Shown here one piece after another: positions 1-11,043 of a stretch of DNA of 64,000 bases. Positions within the stretch are counted from its first letter, which is position 1, and the number at the start of each line of letters is the position of its first letter. The notes beneath the pieces are model-generated. The model ran no database searches. It was not told the DNA's origin and was given only the letters and a program-made list of their open reading frames with translations. This stretch comes from Candidatus Subterrananammoxibius californiae (GTDB lineage: Bacteria; Planctomycetota; Brocadiia; Brocadiales; Subterrananammoxibiaceae), in contig JAURAC010000010.1 of NCBI GenBank assembly GCA_030586555.1, positions 1-64,000 of the forward strand, read 5' to 3'. The translations under genes and the position numbers were made by a program.

Positions 1-1576
1 GGGCAGGATAGCGTTTGTTGCTGATAACTGGGACGGTTCATATCCGAGGTCAATCTACGGCAACTGCGAGGGCGAAGGCGGGGATTACGGCAGACAGCAG
101 GGCAAGTGCACGCCTGATGGAAGGATAGTATTTATAGAAGCTCCGTATCTCAACCACGGGGTAGGCAACCTTGTCTCAGTAAGCTGGAAGACTACGTCCC
201 AGAAGAGCTACACGAAGTTAAATAATGATGCGTGCACGTACCGAACCCCCTTTGCGCTGCCAGATGGAAGGATAGCGGTTTCTGCCGCAGAGAGAGGGAA
301 CTACGGTATCTACTGGTTTGACGAAGGCAAGGGCACGGTAGGGGCGCTTATATATGACGACCCCAGTTTGAACGACCACCAGCCGCAGCCTGTATATCCG
401 AGATACAAACCGAGATGGATAAACACATTCACCGCTGGAAAGAACTTTGGCGTAACGACGGTGACGTATCAGCCATTTGACCAGGTGAAGGTAGAAGGCT
501 ATCCGAGCTCATGGGGCAACTGGATATGCTTTGATACGAGCCTGACCAATCTGCCCATAGGCCCATATCCACACCAGAGGACGAAGCCAATGGGACATGG
601 AGACATAAAGGCGGTAAGGATAATAGAGGGCTTACAGTGCACGGAACCAGACTCAAGGAGATTTGCAGTAGGAGCTGGAAAACACCTGCTTGGAGGCTGC
701 CGCACGAGCACCAACACAGGCACCATGTTCCAGCAGAGGAGGCTGGTAGGGTACCAGTACGTAGAGGATGATGCCTCAGTGGTAACGAGCCAGCCATCCG
801 ACATCTCATTCTGCATCCAGATACTTGACAATAAGGGCATGGCAGTGCAGACCGCGCAGGCATGGGCATACTTCAGACCGTACCATGGCAGGATATGCAC
901 AGGATGCCACTACGGCGATTACAGGACGAGGGCATACAAGAACATCCACTCCAAGGCCCTGTACAACTGGTGGTTCAGTGATTTAAGCCACTATGACTCA
1001 CCATTTGCATACGCCAATCTAAAGTTAGACAAGAACGGCAACTATGCAGGCGTAAAGCATGGCGAAGACATAGTAGTGCCATCAGACGTCTACTATGGAG
1101 GCCCATCAGGCACGACGTCAGCGGTAGTGGAAGGCTTAACGCCGGAGAAGAGAAGGACGATAGACTTCCGCCGTGACTTACAGCCCATACTCGATGCAAA
1201 GTGTGCGAGCTGCCACACGGCGAGCCAGGCGCCAGACCTATCAGGTGGAGCAACCCCCGTAACGGAGGGTGGAATAGCAGCCTTTAGCCGCTCCTACAAC
1301 AGCTTACTTGCCCAGCAGGCAGACAAGGATACAGTCTTAGGAGGCAAGTACGTCAACCCCGGAGGCGCCATTAACAGCCTGCTAATGTGGAGGCTCTACG
1401 AGGAAGAGTTAAGCCAGTTCAAGCCGAAGGCAGAGCCATTTCCGGCCGAAGGAAGGGTGAATCATGCCAAGTTCCTTACGCCTGAAGAAAGATTCCTCTT
1501 TGTGGAATGGATAGACATCGGCGCCCAGTGGGACAACATCCAGGGACCCGATGACCTGCCAGGTTACAGAGGATAA
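1..1576 (+). CDS. hzsA: Hydrazine synthase alpha subunit, 5' part outside the window
   Basis: Frame of ORF 368..1576 is open back to base 2 (GRIAFVADNWDGSYPRSIYG). It has two CxxCH heme motifs (CTGCH, CASCH) and HzsA-type segments PIGPYPHQ, GDIKAVRIIEG, RPYHGRICTGCH, NIHSKALYNWW and EWIDIGAQWDN. Confidence 0.93.
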   Translation, partial: GRIAFVADNWDGSYPRSIYGNCEGEGGDYGRQQGKCTPDGRIVFIEAPYLNHGVGNLVSVSWKTTSQKSYTKLNNDACTYRTPFALPDGRIAVSAAERGNYGIYWFDEGKGTVGALIYDDPSLNDHQPQPVYPRYKPRWINTFTAGKNFGVTTVTYQPFDQVKVEGYPSSWGNWICFDTSLTNLPIGPYPHQRTKPMGHGDIKAVRIIEGLQCTEPDSRRFAVGAGKHLLGGCRTSTNTGTMFQQRRLVGYQYVEDDASVVTSQPSDISFCIQILDNKGMAVQTAQAWAYFRPYHGRICTGCHYGDYRTRAYKNIHSKALYNWWFSDLSHYDSPFAYANLKLDKNGNYAGVKHGEDIVVPSDVYYGGPSGTTSAVVEGLTPEKRRTIDFRRDLQPILDAKCASCHTASQAPDLSGGATPVTEGGIAAFSRSYNSLLAQQADKDTVLGGKYVNPGGAINSLLMWRLYEEELSQFKPKAEPFPAEGRVNHAKFLTPEERFLFVEWIDIGAQWDNIQGPDDLPGYRG

Positions 1577-1616
1577 AGTAGTTCATAGCTCTTAGCTCGT
1601 AGCTAAGACAGTAAAC

Positions 1617-1659
1617 AAAAAAAGGGCTGAGGTAATCACTTCCTCAGCCCTTTTCGTTT
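1617..1659. terminator. Bidirectional intrinsic terminator between convergent hzsA and clpB
   Basis: Hairpin AAAAGGGCTGAGG-taatcactt-CCTCAGCCCTTTT with an A-run before and a T-rich tail after. Confidence 0.8.
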
Positions 1660-1694
1660 AATGGGAAAATAGAGGGGTGGAAAAGAAAAACCTT

Positions 1695-4301
1695 TTATTT
1701 TACTGCCGATAGTTCGCCTACGGAGAATGCAATTTTATTGTCTTCTAATTCTGCTATAATTTCAGCACCTTCTGGGAATTTGCTCTGCAGGATTTCTGTT
1801 GAAAGGGGATTCTCTATTAGTTGTTGGATTGTGCGTTTGATGGGTCTTGCACCGAAGGCAGGGTCGTAGCCTTCCTTGGCTAATTTTTTCTTGACCTCGT
1901 CTGTAACGATGAGCTTTAGATTGTGCTGTTCAAGTCTCTTCTGGAGGTCTTTTAATTGTATCGCGACAATCTGCTCAATCTGCTCCTTTGTAAGGTTGTT
2001 AAATATAATAACCTCATCAATACGGTTCAAGAACTCTGGTCTGAAGCTTTCTCTGAGTGCCTGTTTTATCCTTCGATTTAATTCCTCTTCTTTGCCTGCA
2101 ATGTCTTGTATCCATTGGCTTCCAATATTTGAGGTCATAGCGATTATGGTATTCTTGAAATCAACCGTTCTGCCGTGTCCATCGGTTAACCTTCCGTCAT
2201 CAAGCACCTGCAGTAAGATATTAAATACGTTCCTATGTGCCTTTTCAATTTCGTCAAATAATAGAACAGAATAAGGTCTTCTTCTGACTGCTTCTGTAAG
2301 GACGCCTCCTTCTTCATATCCCACATATCCAGGAGGAGCGCCAATGAGCCTTGCTACTGAGTGCTGTTCCATGAATTCAGACATGTCAATCCTGACCATG
2401 GCGTTTTCGTCATCGAATAAGAACCCGGCAAGAGCCTTGCAGAGTTCTGTCTTTCCAACCCCTGTTGGTCCGAGGAAAATGAAAGAGCCGATGGGACGTC
2501 TTGGGTCTTGCAGTCCTGCTCGAGCACGCCGAACGGCATTGGACACTGCAGATACTGCTTCATCCTGGCCAATAACACGCTCTTTCAGTTTTTCTTCCAT
2601 TTTAAGGAGCTTTTCCTTCTCAGACTCTAACATGCGCGATACAGGGATACCCGTCCATTTCGATACAACCTCGGCAATATCCTCTGCATCAACCTCTTCC
2701 TTCAGCATGCGTCTATCCTTCTGTAATTCCATAAGCTCCGCATGTCTCTTTTTTAACTGCTGTTCGTAGTCCCTTAAGAGCCCGTAGCGTATCTGGGCAA
2801 CTTTTTCGAGATTTCCTTCACGCTGTGCAGCCTGCTCATCACTTTTTGCCTGGTCAATCTTTGTCTTTATATCTCTTATGTCCTTGATAACCCTCTTTTC
2901 ATTTTCCCAGTGCGCTTTCAAGCCAAGCGATTCTTCTTTGAGTTCAGAAATCTGGCGTTCTAATTTTCCCATCTTCTGTTTTGAAGCCTGGTCTGATTCT
3001 TTCTTGAGCGCCTCTCTTTCAATTTCGAGTTGCATTATTTTGCGTTCAACCTCGTCGAGTTCAGTTGGCATGCTGTCTATTTCTATCCTGAGGCGTGAGG
3101 CTGCCTCATCAATGAGGTCTATTGCCTTGTCAGGCAGGAATCTATCAGAGATGTAGCGATGGGAGAGGGTAGCGGCTGCAATAATGGCTGAATCCTTTAT
3201 CCGTACGCCGTGGTGTACGTCATAACGTTCCTTGAGACCTCTGAGGATTGCTATTGTGTCCTCCACAGATGGTTCTCCAACATTGACAGGCTGGAATCTT
3301 CTCTCTAAGGCGGCATCTTTTTCAACGTGCTTTCTGTACTCATCAAGTGTGGTGGCTCCGACGCAATGGAGTTCTCCCCTTGCAAGCGCTGGTTTTAGAA
3401 GATTGGCAGCATCTACGGCTCCCTCGGCTGCGCCAGCGCCTACAACCGTATGAAGTTCGTCAATAAAAAGGATAATAGTGCCCTCAGCCTCGCTAATCTC
3501 CATCAGGACTGCTTTTAAACGGTCTTCAAACTCACCCCTGTATTTTGTTCCTGCGATTAATGCGCCCATATCGAGGGCAAGTACCTTTTTGTTCTTTAGA
3601 CCTTCGGGGACATCGCCATTAACAATTCTCTGGGCAAGCCCTTCTACTATTGCGGTCTTTCCAACACCCGGTTCGCCAATAAGTACAGGGTTGTTTTTCG
3701 TTCTTCGTGAAAGGACCTGAATAACGCGGCGGATTTCGTCGTCTCTGCCAATTACAGGGTCGAGCTTCCCCTTTCGAGCCTGCTCAACGAGGTCGCGGCA
3801 GTAGCGTGTCAATGCCTGATATTTATCCTCTGGATGCTGGTCGGTGACTCGTTGTGTTCCTCGGATTTCTTTGAGGGAGGAAAAAATATTATTCTTATTT
3901 ACACCGGCCTCGTTTAATATCTGAGCGCTTCCACCTGCCTTTTTATCTGTCAGGGCGATGAGGAGGTGTTCGGTGCTTACGTATTCATCTTTAAGCCTTG
4001 TCGCTTCGTTCCATGCAATGTCAAATACATCCTTTAACTGTGGTGTTATATATATCTGCCCAAGGGGCGTGGCGCCTCGAACCTGTGGAAGCCTATCGAG
4101 TGAGGACATTACCTTTACATAAATGCTATCCTTGTCTACTCCAAGTTTTTGGAGTATGGGGGTGACTACGCCCTCCTCCTGTTGGAGAAGGGCAGCAAGA
4201 AGATGTAATGTGTCTATCTGCTGATGCCCTTTTGATTCAGCAATCTGCTGGGTGTCTTGAACGGCTTCTTGTGCCTTTATTGTGAATCTGTCGAATCTCA
4301 T
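1695..4301 (-). CDS. clpB: ATP-dependent chaperone ClpB
   Basis: Clp-N domain, two AAA+ modules ([16 protein letters not shown]), long middle coiled coil, 868 aa. Confidence 0.97.
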   Translation of the reverse strand: MRFDRFTIKAQEAVQDTQQIAESKGHQQIDTLHLLAALLQQEEGVVTPILQKLGVDKDSIYVKVMSSLDRLPQVRGATPLGQIYITPQLKDVFDIAWNEATRLKDEYVSTEHLLIALTDKKAGGSAQILNEAGVNKNNIFSSLKEIRGTQRVTDQHPEDKYQALTRYCRDLVEQARKGKLDPVIGRDDEIRRVIQVLSRRTKNNPVLIGEPGVGKTAIVEGLAQRIVNGDVPEGLKNKKVLALDMGALIAGTKYRGEFEDRLKAVLMEISEAEGTIILFIDELHTVVGAGAAEGAVDAANLLKPALARGELHCVGATTLDEYRKHVEKDAALERRFQPVNVGEPSVEDTIAILRGLKERYDVHHGVRIKDSAIIAAATLSHRYISDRFLPDKAIDLIDEAASRLRIEIDSMPTELDEVERKIMQLEIEREALKKESDQASKQKMGKLERQISELKEESLGLKAHWENEKRVIKDIRDIKTKIDQAKSDEQAAQREGNLEKVAQIRYGLLRDYEQQLKKRHAELMELQKDRRMLKEEVDAEDIAEVVSKWTGIPVSRMLESEKEKLLKMEEKLKERVIGQDEAVSAVSNAVRRARAGLQDPRRPIGSFIFLGPTGVGKTELCKALAGFLFDDENAMVRIDMSEFMEQHSVARLIGAPPGYVGYEEGGVLTEAVRRRPYSVLLFDEIEKAHRNVFNILLQVLDDGRLTDGHGRTVDFKNTIIAMTSNIGSQWIQDIAGKEEELNRRIKQALRESFRPEFLNRIDEVIIFNNLTKEQIEQIVAIQLKDLQKRLEQHNLKLIVTDEVKKKLAKEGYDPAFGARPIKRTIQQLIENPLSTEILQSKFPEGAEIIAELEDNKIAFSVGELSAVK

Positions 4302-4361
4302 AACAGTAGCATTTCCTTTAATTCCTTAACCTTTTTGAATCTCTTATATTAGAATATTGTA

Positions 4362-4751
4362 ATGCAAATCAATGGAAAGGTAAAGAGGTATCTTGAACTT
4401 AATAGTAAGTGCATTAGCGATGCTGAAGAATGCCTGAGAAAAGGTGATTATGCCCAAGCCTCGGAAAAACTCTGGGGCGCAACGGTTACAATTATGAAGG
4501 CAGTTGCCGCACAGCGTAAAAAGACAATAAAAACCCACGATGGTATAAGCTATTTTTTTGCTCAGATTGCGAAAGAATTAAGTGACGAAAGCATAAATGG
4601 CGTATTTCTTATAGCCGAAGGCTTACACCAAAATTTCTACGAAAATTCGGCACATCCCGACATTGTCAAAAAAGGCGCAAAGACTGTAAAACAATTTGTT
4701 ACGAGAGTGAAAAGCAAGTTCGAGGGACTTACTTTTCACCAATCGCTTTGA
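4362..4751 (+). CDS. PaREP1-family HEPN-like protein
   Basis: GDYAQASEKLWGA and AEGLHQNFYE motifs. Confidence 0.8.
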   Translation: MQINGKVKRYLELNSKCISDAEECLRKGDYAQASEKLWGATVTIMKAVAAQRKKTIKTHDGISYFFAQIAKELSDESINGVFLIAEGLHQNFYENSAHPDIVKKGAKTVKQFVTRVKSKFEGLTFHQSL

Positions 4752-4785
4752 CCTTAATAAATCTCATTAGTTATATACCTTGAAT

Positions 4786-6066
4786 CACTTGCGTCCAAAT
4801 TAGAAATTGAAAAAGCCTAACTTGTCCCTATAATGGTATGATGACCAATACCATAACCATTTAATAAAAAGGAGGTTAGGCTTTGAATAACTATCATACA
4901 TTATTGGGGCAAATGTTGCAAATGTTTTCGAGATTTGATTTTCAAAAAACCATTTCTGAGACTAAAACCGAATATCACTCAAAGGGTCTTAGCTCTTGGA
5001 ATCATTTTGTCGCTATGCTCTTTGGACAGCTTTCCGGACAAGATAGTCTGCGGGGCATTGAGGCGGGGCTTGCCACTCATGCCCAGAATTTGTATCACCT
5101 GGGAGTCAAACCCATTCATAGGTCAACCTTGTCTTATGTCAATCAACATCGTTCTCACAAGCTATTTGAAAAAACCTTTTACCAGATGCTGTCCAAATGT
5201 CAACCCCTTGCACCGAGGCATAAATTCCGTTTTAAGAACCCGCTTTATAGCTTGGATGCAACGGTTATAGAGCTTTGCCTATCGCTTTATGACTGGGCAA
5301 AATTCCGTACCACCAAAGGGGGCGGTCAAGCTCCACGTCAAACTCAATCACTCTGGGTATCTGCCCTCCTTTGCGGTCGTAACCACTGGGAAAGTCCATG
5401 AGCAAAAAGTTGCACCATCTATACCCTTAGAGAAGGGCGATGTCATTGTCTTCGACAGAGGATATACTGATTATAATTGGTACAAAACCCTTGATGATAA
5501 AGGCTTATATTTTGTGACCAGGCTTAAAAAGAACGCCCATTATAAAGTGGCAGAACGAAAGAAGACCGACCACCTGGATAACATATCTTCAGACCACATA
5601 ATAGAGCTAAAGGGTTTTTATTCCAAGCAGAAGTTCCCAAACAAGTTGCGTCGTATTCGCTCAAAAGACCCTGGTACAGAGAAGATTATTACAATACTTA
5701 CCAACAACTTTACCTGGTCTGCCAAGACTATAGCGCAGATTTACAAAGAACGCTGGCAAATAGAATTATTCTTTAAGTTCATTAAGCAGCAGCTTAAGGT
5801 TAAGAGCTTTGTCGGCACCTCCCGGAATGCCCTGCTGTCCCAATTATGGGTTGCCCTAATAGCGTATCTGCTTCTTAGCTATTTAAAATTCAAGTCAAGG
5901 TTTGCGTGGTCGTTGTATACGTTGTGTTCAATACTACCGACAAATCTTTTTGCGAGGAGGAATCTCTGGGACTGGTTAAACGCCCCGTTTCAAACAAGCA
6001 GCCCATCGCCTCCAGAAGATTACCAACTAAAGTTTTCATTCTAATAATTTAATTTGGACAGCTATG
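4786..6066 (+). mobile_element. IS4-family insertion sequence with 9-bp target-site duplication
   Basis: Imperfect terminal IRs (CACTTGCGTCCAAATTA and reverse complement CATAGCTGTCCAAATTA), flanked by direct repeat ACCTTGAAT at 4777-4785 and 6067-6075. Confidence 0.92.
4883..6044 (+). pseudogene. IS4 DDE transposase split by a +1 frameshift
   Basis: DUF4372-like N-terminus and SLDAT in ORF 4883..5401; FDRGY and YKERWQIELFFK (YREK) in ORF 5289..6044. One extra G in the run at 5318-5322 breaks TKGAVKLH. Confidence 0.85.
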
Positions 6067-6139
6067 ACCTTGAATACATTTTTTCTTGTGCCTGATAATT
6101 TGTCAATTGATATTTGAGGGTTTGACCTTAATTTCCCCC

Positions 6140-8287
6140 CTATCTTTTTTCTCTTTCGGATAATATCTCTCTTGCAGCTTTTAAATCTATCTTTGCCCTG
6201 TGGCCATGTTTTCCAAGTAGATGCAAAAGGTTACTGCCATTCAAGAGTGTAAGTGGTTTTCCTTTTGCAAATTCATAGGCATCGGGACCGTAGTCAGCGG
6301 TGGTGATTAAGATTCCCTTTGTTGCACCTTCATTTATCACCGTCCCGTAAAGGTCCCGAACTGCAGATAACCCAACGGTATTTGTATAGCGTTTTGCCTG
6401 AATGGCTATTTTCCCGCCACGAATCGGGTCAGGGTCAAATGCAATTGCATCAACCCCGCCGTCACGGCTTGCTTGCGTTACCTTAACTTCTCCGCCATAC
6501 TGAGCGAATTCCTTTTCAAATAGTTCTCGAATTAAATGTTCAAAATCCTCCCAATCCATAGCTGCAAGATTCATAGATTCATCTAATTCATCTGCAACGG
6601 CATAAGATGAGATAAATCTTTTATCTTCACGGTTGATATTCAATATTGGCGCAACAGGCGTTAGGCTATGTAATTGCGAACTCCCTACCCCCTTTAAATG
6701 CTTAAAGCATGATTTTGGGTCAACATTTGCCAAATTTATGGACAAAAACTCCTGTCGGTTTGCCTGTAAGGAAAGAATACAGGCATTGACTTCTTGACCT
6801 GTTGCTCTATCAATAGATTTAACCCAGCCATTGAATACTATTGAATCAAGGGCATTGACAACATCAAACTTGTATAGCTCGTATATAGTTCTCAAGGTAA
6901 TCTGATAAACCAGGCTGTCATAAAGCTTATTTATAAAAGATTCCGCATGAAAAACTTCTACCGATTCGTCCCTTGATTTAACATATTTTACTTCCTTTAG
7001 CTTTGGAATACTGTCAAGGGATGGCAAGGAATAGTCAACGATTAGTATCTTTGTTTCAGGGTTGTAATCTACATCAAATTCTTGAGGGAAATAATCGGGA
7101 TACTCCGATTTTGATAAAACAATTACACAATAGTCAATTATGGCATCTGGTAGCTTATTAAAATATGGTTCCTTCGCTTTATCTACTATGTCATCATTTC
7201 TTTCTTGTTGTCTTTTCAAAAATTCTTGCTTCTCAGCTTCCCATTGTTTCAGTTCGTTTTGATACTGCCTTTCAAGCTCAGAGTTCTTTTGTTCCCACTG
7301 TTTTATTTCGTCTTGATACTGCCTTTCAAGTTCGGCATTCTTTAATTCCCACCGTTTTAGTTCATCTTGATACTGCCCTTCAAGTTCGGCGTTCTTTTTA
7401 GGTATTTCTTCCTTTTGTTTTAACCATTCATTAGAATCACTTTCAAACTGGCGCTTTGCATTATCAATCCTGTTTTGCCTTTCGGCTTCCCATTGTTTTA
7501 ATTCATCTTGATATTGTCTTTTAAGCTCAGCGTTCTTTTTAAGTATTTCTTCCTTTTGTTTCAACCATTTATTATAGTCACTTTCAAACTGGCGCTTTGC
7601 ATTATCTATACTATTTAACCTTTCGGTTTCCAATAATTGTTTTAATTCGTTTTCATATTGCTTAAAATATTCACGGCTTTGATCGAGCCATTTTAAATAA
7701 TCAAGGTTTTTTGTGGATTCCAACAATCGTTCTACATTTTGGTAGCGCCTATTAAGTTCTTCATATTTTTTGAGCATTTCTTCATCCTTCTGTTTCATCC
7801 ATTTATCCAGATAATCATTTTGAAGTAGGCGTACTACTTTAATGTTAAAAAGATGGGTCATATGTAACCGCCGGGCACACTCCACGCTTGTTTCTTTCAA
7901 AGAAGATTCTATACGCTCTTCCTTGATCTGGTATTTTCCATCTGTTTCTTTAGGTGGTTGTGGGACAACCAGTAGCTGTGGTGGTTGAGGCCTTGGTGGC
8001 ATAAAGAACTGGTATTTTAAATCTGTTTCTTCTGGTGGTCGTGGAATAACCCGTAGCTGGGGCTGTTAAGGTCTTGGCACAGGTTGGGGTGGTTGAGGCT
8101 TCGGCAGGAACTGGGGTGGTTGAGGTTTTGGCTCTGGAAATCTGGATTTATCCTTTAAAACATCCCAGACATCTTTATCGTCTATATTAAGACGATACTT
8201 TAGAATATTCTCGATTTCCTTCATGGCTTCTTCCGCTTTTTTAGTTTGTTCAATTGCCCGCTCAATTCCTGATTCTTTGCCTTCCAC
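6140..8287 (-). pseudogene. Mrr-family restriction endonuclease with coiled-coil and Pro-rich N-terminus, interrupted by an in-frame TAA
   Basis: C-terminal Mrr_cat motifs (DWEDFEHLI, DGGVDAI, IAIQAKRY, AVRDLYG). ORF 8066..8287 is in frame with 6140..8002, separated by one stop at 8066-8068. The 620 aa part may still be expressed. Confidence 0.75.
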
Positions 8288-8364
8288 TTTTTACTTCTCC
8301 AATTTTTGTTCTACCTTTGATTTGAGCGAGATAGCGCAACCTAAAAGGTTGCGGCTACCCTGGA

Positions 8365-8430
8365 CGAAGCACGTCGTGCATGGAGTAGAGTCCTGGTGGT
8401 TTTCCTGCTATGAACCTGGCAGCCCTTTAT
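8365..8430 (-). repeat. Diverged second copy of the dapB 3' end
   Basis: Translates as AARFIAGKPPGLYSMHDVLR versus dapB AAKFIAGKPPGLYSMQDVLR (9329-9393). Confidence 0.9.
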
Positions 8431-8523
8431 CGTTTTTCCTCCTTTCCTGCCCGCAAAGAGCAGATGATGAATTCAGGATTGATGAGGTGTCGAAGGGATG
8501 CCGCTACCTCAGGGACTGTCTTA

Positions 8524-8946
8524 TCACAGCCCCATAATCTCACAAAACCTCCGAGGTGTTATAATCTTAATACCCTTATAACTCTTCAAATCTAAAAGGT
8601 GAGAATCGCCAGACACTATATAATCAGCCTTGCCCTTTATAGCTACTGATAAGACCTTATTATCTTCAGGGTCTTCTTTTATCACGTCCAATGCAGGTGG
8701 GTTGTCTATTAGTGTGGAATATCTCACGAGGTTTAAGATGGTTTGTTTTATCTCATCTTCGCCTAAGCCAAACTTTTCTTTAATTTTTGGATAGTTTAAA
8801 ACCTTTCTTGCCTCCTCAATCATTGTAAGTGATGTTATAAGAATTAGGTCTCCTTTCTCCCAAAATTTTACAACTTTATAAGGAAATCCGCTTTTCTGAA
8901 TAATACCACTTATAAGGACGTTAGTATCTATGACAACCCTATGCAC
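8524..8946 (-). CDS. PIN-domain (VapC-like) toxin
   Basis: VVIDTNVLIS, DPEDNKVL and YIVSGDSHLL motifs; overlaps the antitoxin gene. Confidence 0.9.
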   Translation of the reverse strand: MHRVVIDTNVLISGIIQKSGFPYKVVKFWEKGDLILITSLTMIEEARKVLNYPKIKEKFGLGEDEIKQTILNLVRYSTLIDNPPALDVIKEDPEDNKVLSVAIKGKADYIVSGDSHLLDLKSYKGIKIITPRRFCEIMGL

Positions 8947-9211
8947 TCTGACGAACCGCCTTTATAGCATTCTCTACGGCTGTTTCAATTTCCTTTGGTG
9001 AGTAAGCCTTTGCCTTTGCTCTGATTCTGTCAAAAACCTTCATGTCCTTTTCCCTCTGTTTCTTGTAGTTCTCAAACTCATCAAGTGGGATCAATACAGC
9101 CATAGGCTTTTTGCCTCTTTTGATGATGTATTCATCACCCTTGTAATATACCTTTTCAAGGATTTCTCCAAGATTGCCCCTAACCTTTAATGCCGTTAGC
9201 TCTTTTGTCAT
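8939..9211 (-). CDS. Phd/YefM-family antitoxin
   Basis: MTKELTALKVRGNLGEILEKV...YIIKRGKKPMAVLIP. Start placed at ATG 9211 after GGAGG; the longer ORF runs into a REP. Confidence 0.85.
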   Translation of the reverse strand: MTKELTALKVRGNLGEILEKVYYKGDEYIIKRGKKPMAVLIPLDEFENYKKQREKDMKVFDRIRAKAKAYSPKEIETAVENAIKAVRQSA

Positions 9212-9278
9212 AATCTTCACCTCCAGTAGAATTATAGCAACTATGATAGTTATGTCAAATTGTTTTAACAGATGAAGA

Positions 9279-9322
9279 GTAGTCGCAGGCTTTAGCCTGC
9301 GCAAGCTGAAGCTTGCGGCTAC
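9279..9322. repeat. GTAG-type REP doublet, family GTAGCCGCA (also at 8334-8358, 22459-22513, 28693-28746)
   Basis: GTAG foot plus hairpin CGCAGGCTTTAGCCTGCG, with inverted partner ending TGCGGCTAC. Confidence 0.8.
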
Positions 9323-9324
9323 AC

Positions 9325-10116
9325 TTACCGAAGCACGTCCTGCATGCTGTAAAGTCCTGGGGGTTTTCCTGCTATGAATTTGGCGGCTCTTATGGCGCCA
9401 CGAACGAATGTGTCCCGTGAGTGAGCCCTGTGGTTAATCTCTATGCGTTCGCCGAGGTTGCTGAAGATTACAGTATGGTCGCCGATAGTATCTCCGAGGC
9501 GCACGGCATGAATACCAATCTGTTTGCCGGGACGTTCTCCTGTAATTCCCTGCCTTCCATATACAACATCGGTTTTCATATCTCTTTTTGTTGCCTCGCA
9601 GATTCTTTCGGCAATCCTTAAGGCTGTGCCGCTTGGTGCATCCTTTTTAAAGCGGTGATGGGTTTCAATAATCTCTATGTCAAATCCTTCGCCGAGTGCT
9701 TTTGAGACCTGGGTTACAATGTCAAAGACAAGATTGACGCCGATGCTCATATTCGGGGATACAAGACAGGGGATGCTCTTAGATGCTTGCTGGAGTTTCT
9801 TATGATGGGAATCGAGTAAGCCAGTAGTGCCAATGACCATTGCCACGCCTTTTTTTACACAATTATCAATCCTTTTTTCGAGCGCTTCGGGTGAAGAGAA
9901 ATCTATGAGTACATCAGCCTTGCCCTCGATTTCGGTCGTAAGCAAGACTCCGAGATTGCCGAGACCAAGTATTGCGCCAATGTCTTTTTTTAGTGAAGGA
10001 TGTCCATCCCTTTCAAGGGCAGAGACCAGTTTAAGGTCTTTATTCTCGCATACGAGTGCAACGACCCTCGAACCCATGCGTCCACATGCGCCGTTTACAG
10101 CAACTGTTATTGCCAT
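9325..10116 (-). CDS. dapB: 4-hydroxy-tetrahydrodipicolinate reductase
   Basis: GACGRMG, IDFS, VIGTTG, ETHHRFKKDAPSGTA. Confidence 0.97.
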   Translation of the reverse strand: MAITVAVNGACGRMGSRVVALVCENKDLKLVSALERDGHPSLKKDIGAILGLGNLGVLLTTEIEGKADVLIDFSSPEALEKRIDNCVKKGVAMVIGTTGLLDSHHKKLQQASKSIPCLVSPNMSIGVNLVFDIVTQVSKALGEGFDIEIIETHHRFKKDAPSGTALRIAERICEATKRDMKTDVVYGRQGITGERPGKQIGIHAVRLGDTIGDHTVIFSNLGERIEINHRAHSRDTFVRGAIRAAKFIAGKPPGLYSMQDVLR

Positions 10117-10164
10117 AGCGGATAGGCAGGGGCACGTGTCCGCCTGAGGCGGATGCCCCTACTA

Positions 10165-11043
10165 TTATTCTCCTTTCCGTTTTCTGAATTCCTTGCTTGC
10201 GTTGTTTAAGAAAAGTCTTTCCCTTCTGGTGAGTTTGTTTAGACCTTCCCGACTTACCTTTTCGAGTAATTCATCAACCCTTTTGCGTATGGACTCTTCT
10301 TTTCTGATTTCCTTTTCATGCTGGCGTAGTTGCCATGTTGCGATAAGCTTCACAAGCCGTGGCTCGTATCGCACAAATAGGAATCCGTAGAGAAGCCCGC
10401 CGAGATGGGCGAAATGTGCCACGTTTCCACCACCAGGCGTAACACAGTTGAAAATGGTAATGGATGCAAATATCATTACAAGATGTTTTGCCTTCATTGG
10501 AAAGATGAAAAATATTATCGTTGCGTTAGGAAAGTACATAGCGAACGCTACTTCGATGGCGAAAATAGCGCCAGAAGCTCCAAGAATGGGACTGCGTGGA
10601 ACAAAAAAGCAACTGCAAATGCCTGCAAATAGACCTGCGGTGAGGTACATTGTGAGGAACTTCCTTGAGCCCATTGCCCTTTCTACGTCACCGCCAAACA
10701 TCCAGAGTGCAAGCATGTTGAATATCAGATGCCATGGGTCATAAAGGCTGTGGAGGAACATATATGTAATAAGCTGCCAAAGCCATAACCTTCCGAAGGC
10801 ATCGGGCTGATACAGCCAGAAAAGCTTGGTAAATGGGTCTGGAGCTGGCTCATACCAGAGGCGGCTAAAGTAATTAACATCTGGATTCTGGTTGGATGAG
10901 AAGTTTAACCATTGGGAACAAACGGCGGAAAATAGAAGTTGGATTATGAAGACGCTAAGATTGATTATTATTAGAATCTTTACTAATCTGGTCCATCCAC
11001 TTCCGATGGAAATGTCAAATTGTGGGCGATAGTATCTTTTCAT
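10165..11043 (-). CDS. Rhomboid intramembrane serine protease with C-terminal extension (DUF6576-like)
   Basis: WQLITYMFLH, HLIFNM, GASG, AHFAHLGG; tail VDELLEKVSREG. Confidence 0.92.
   Translation of the reverse strand: MKRYYRPQFDISIGSGWTRLVKILIIINLSVFIIQLLFSAVCSQWLNFSSNQNPDVNYFSRLWYEPAPDPFTKLFWLYQPDAFGRLWLWQLITYMFLHSLYDPWHLIFNMLALWMFGGDVERAMGSRKFLTMYLTAGLFAGICSCFFVPRSPILGASGAIFAIEVAFAMYFPNATIIFFIFPMKAKHLVMIFASITIFNCVTPGGGNVAHFAHLGGLLYGFLFVRYEPRLVKLIATWQLRQHEKEIRKEESIRKRVDELLEKVSREGLNKLTRRERLFLNNASKEFRKRKGE

Noticed and set aside
5311..5325. Programmed ribosomal frameshift in the IS4 transposase
   Set aside because: The required shift is +1, IS4 transposases are normally single ORFs, and one extra G explains it.
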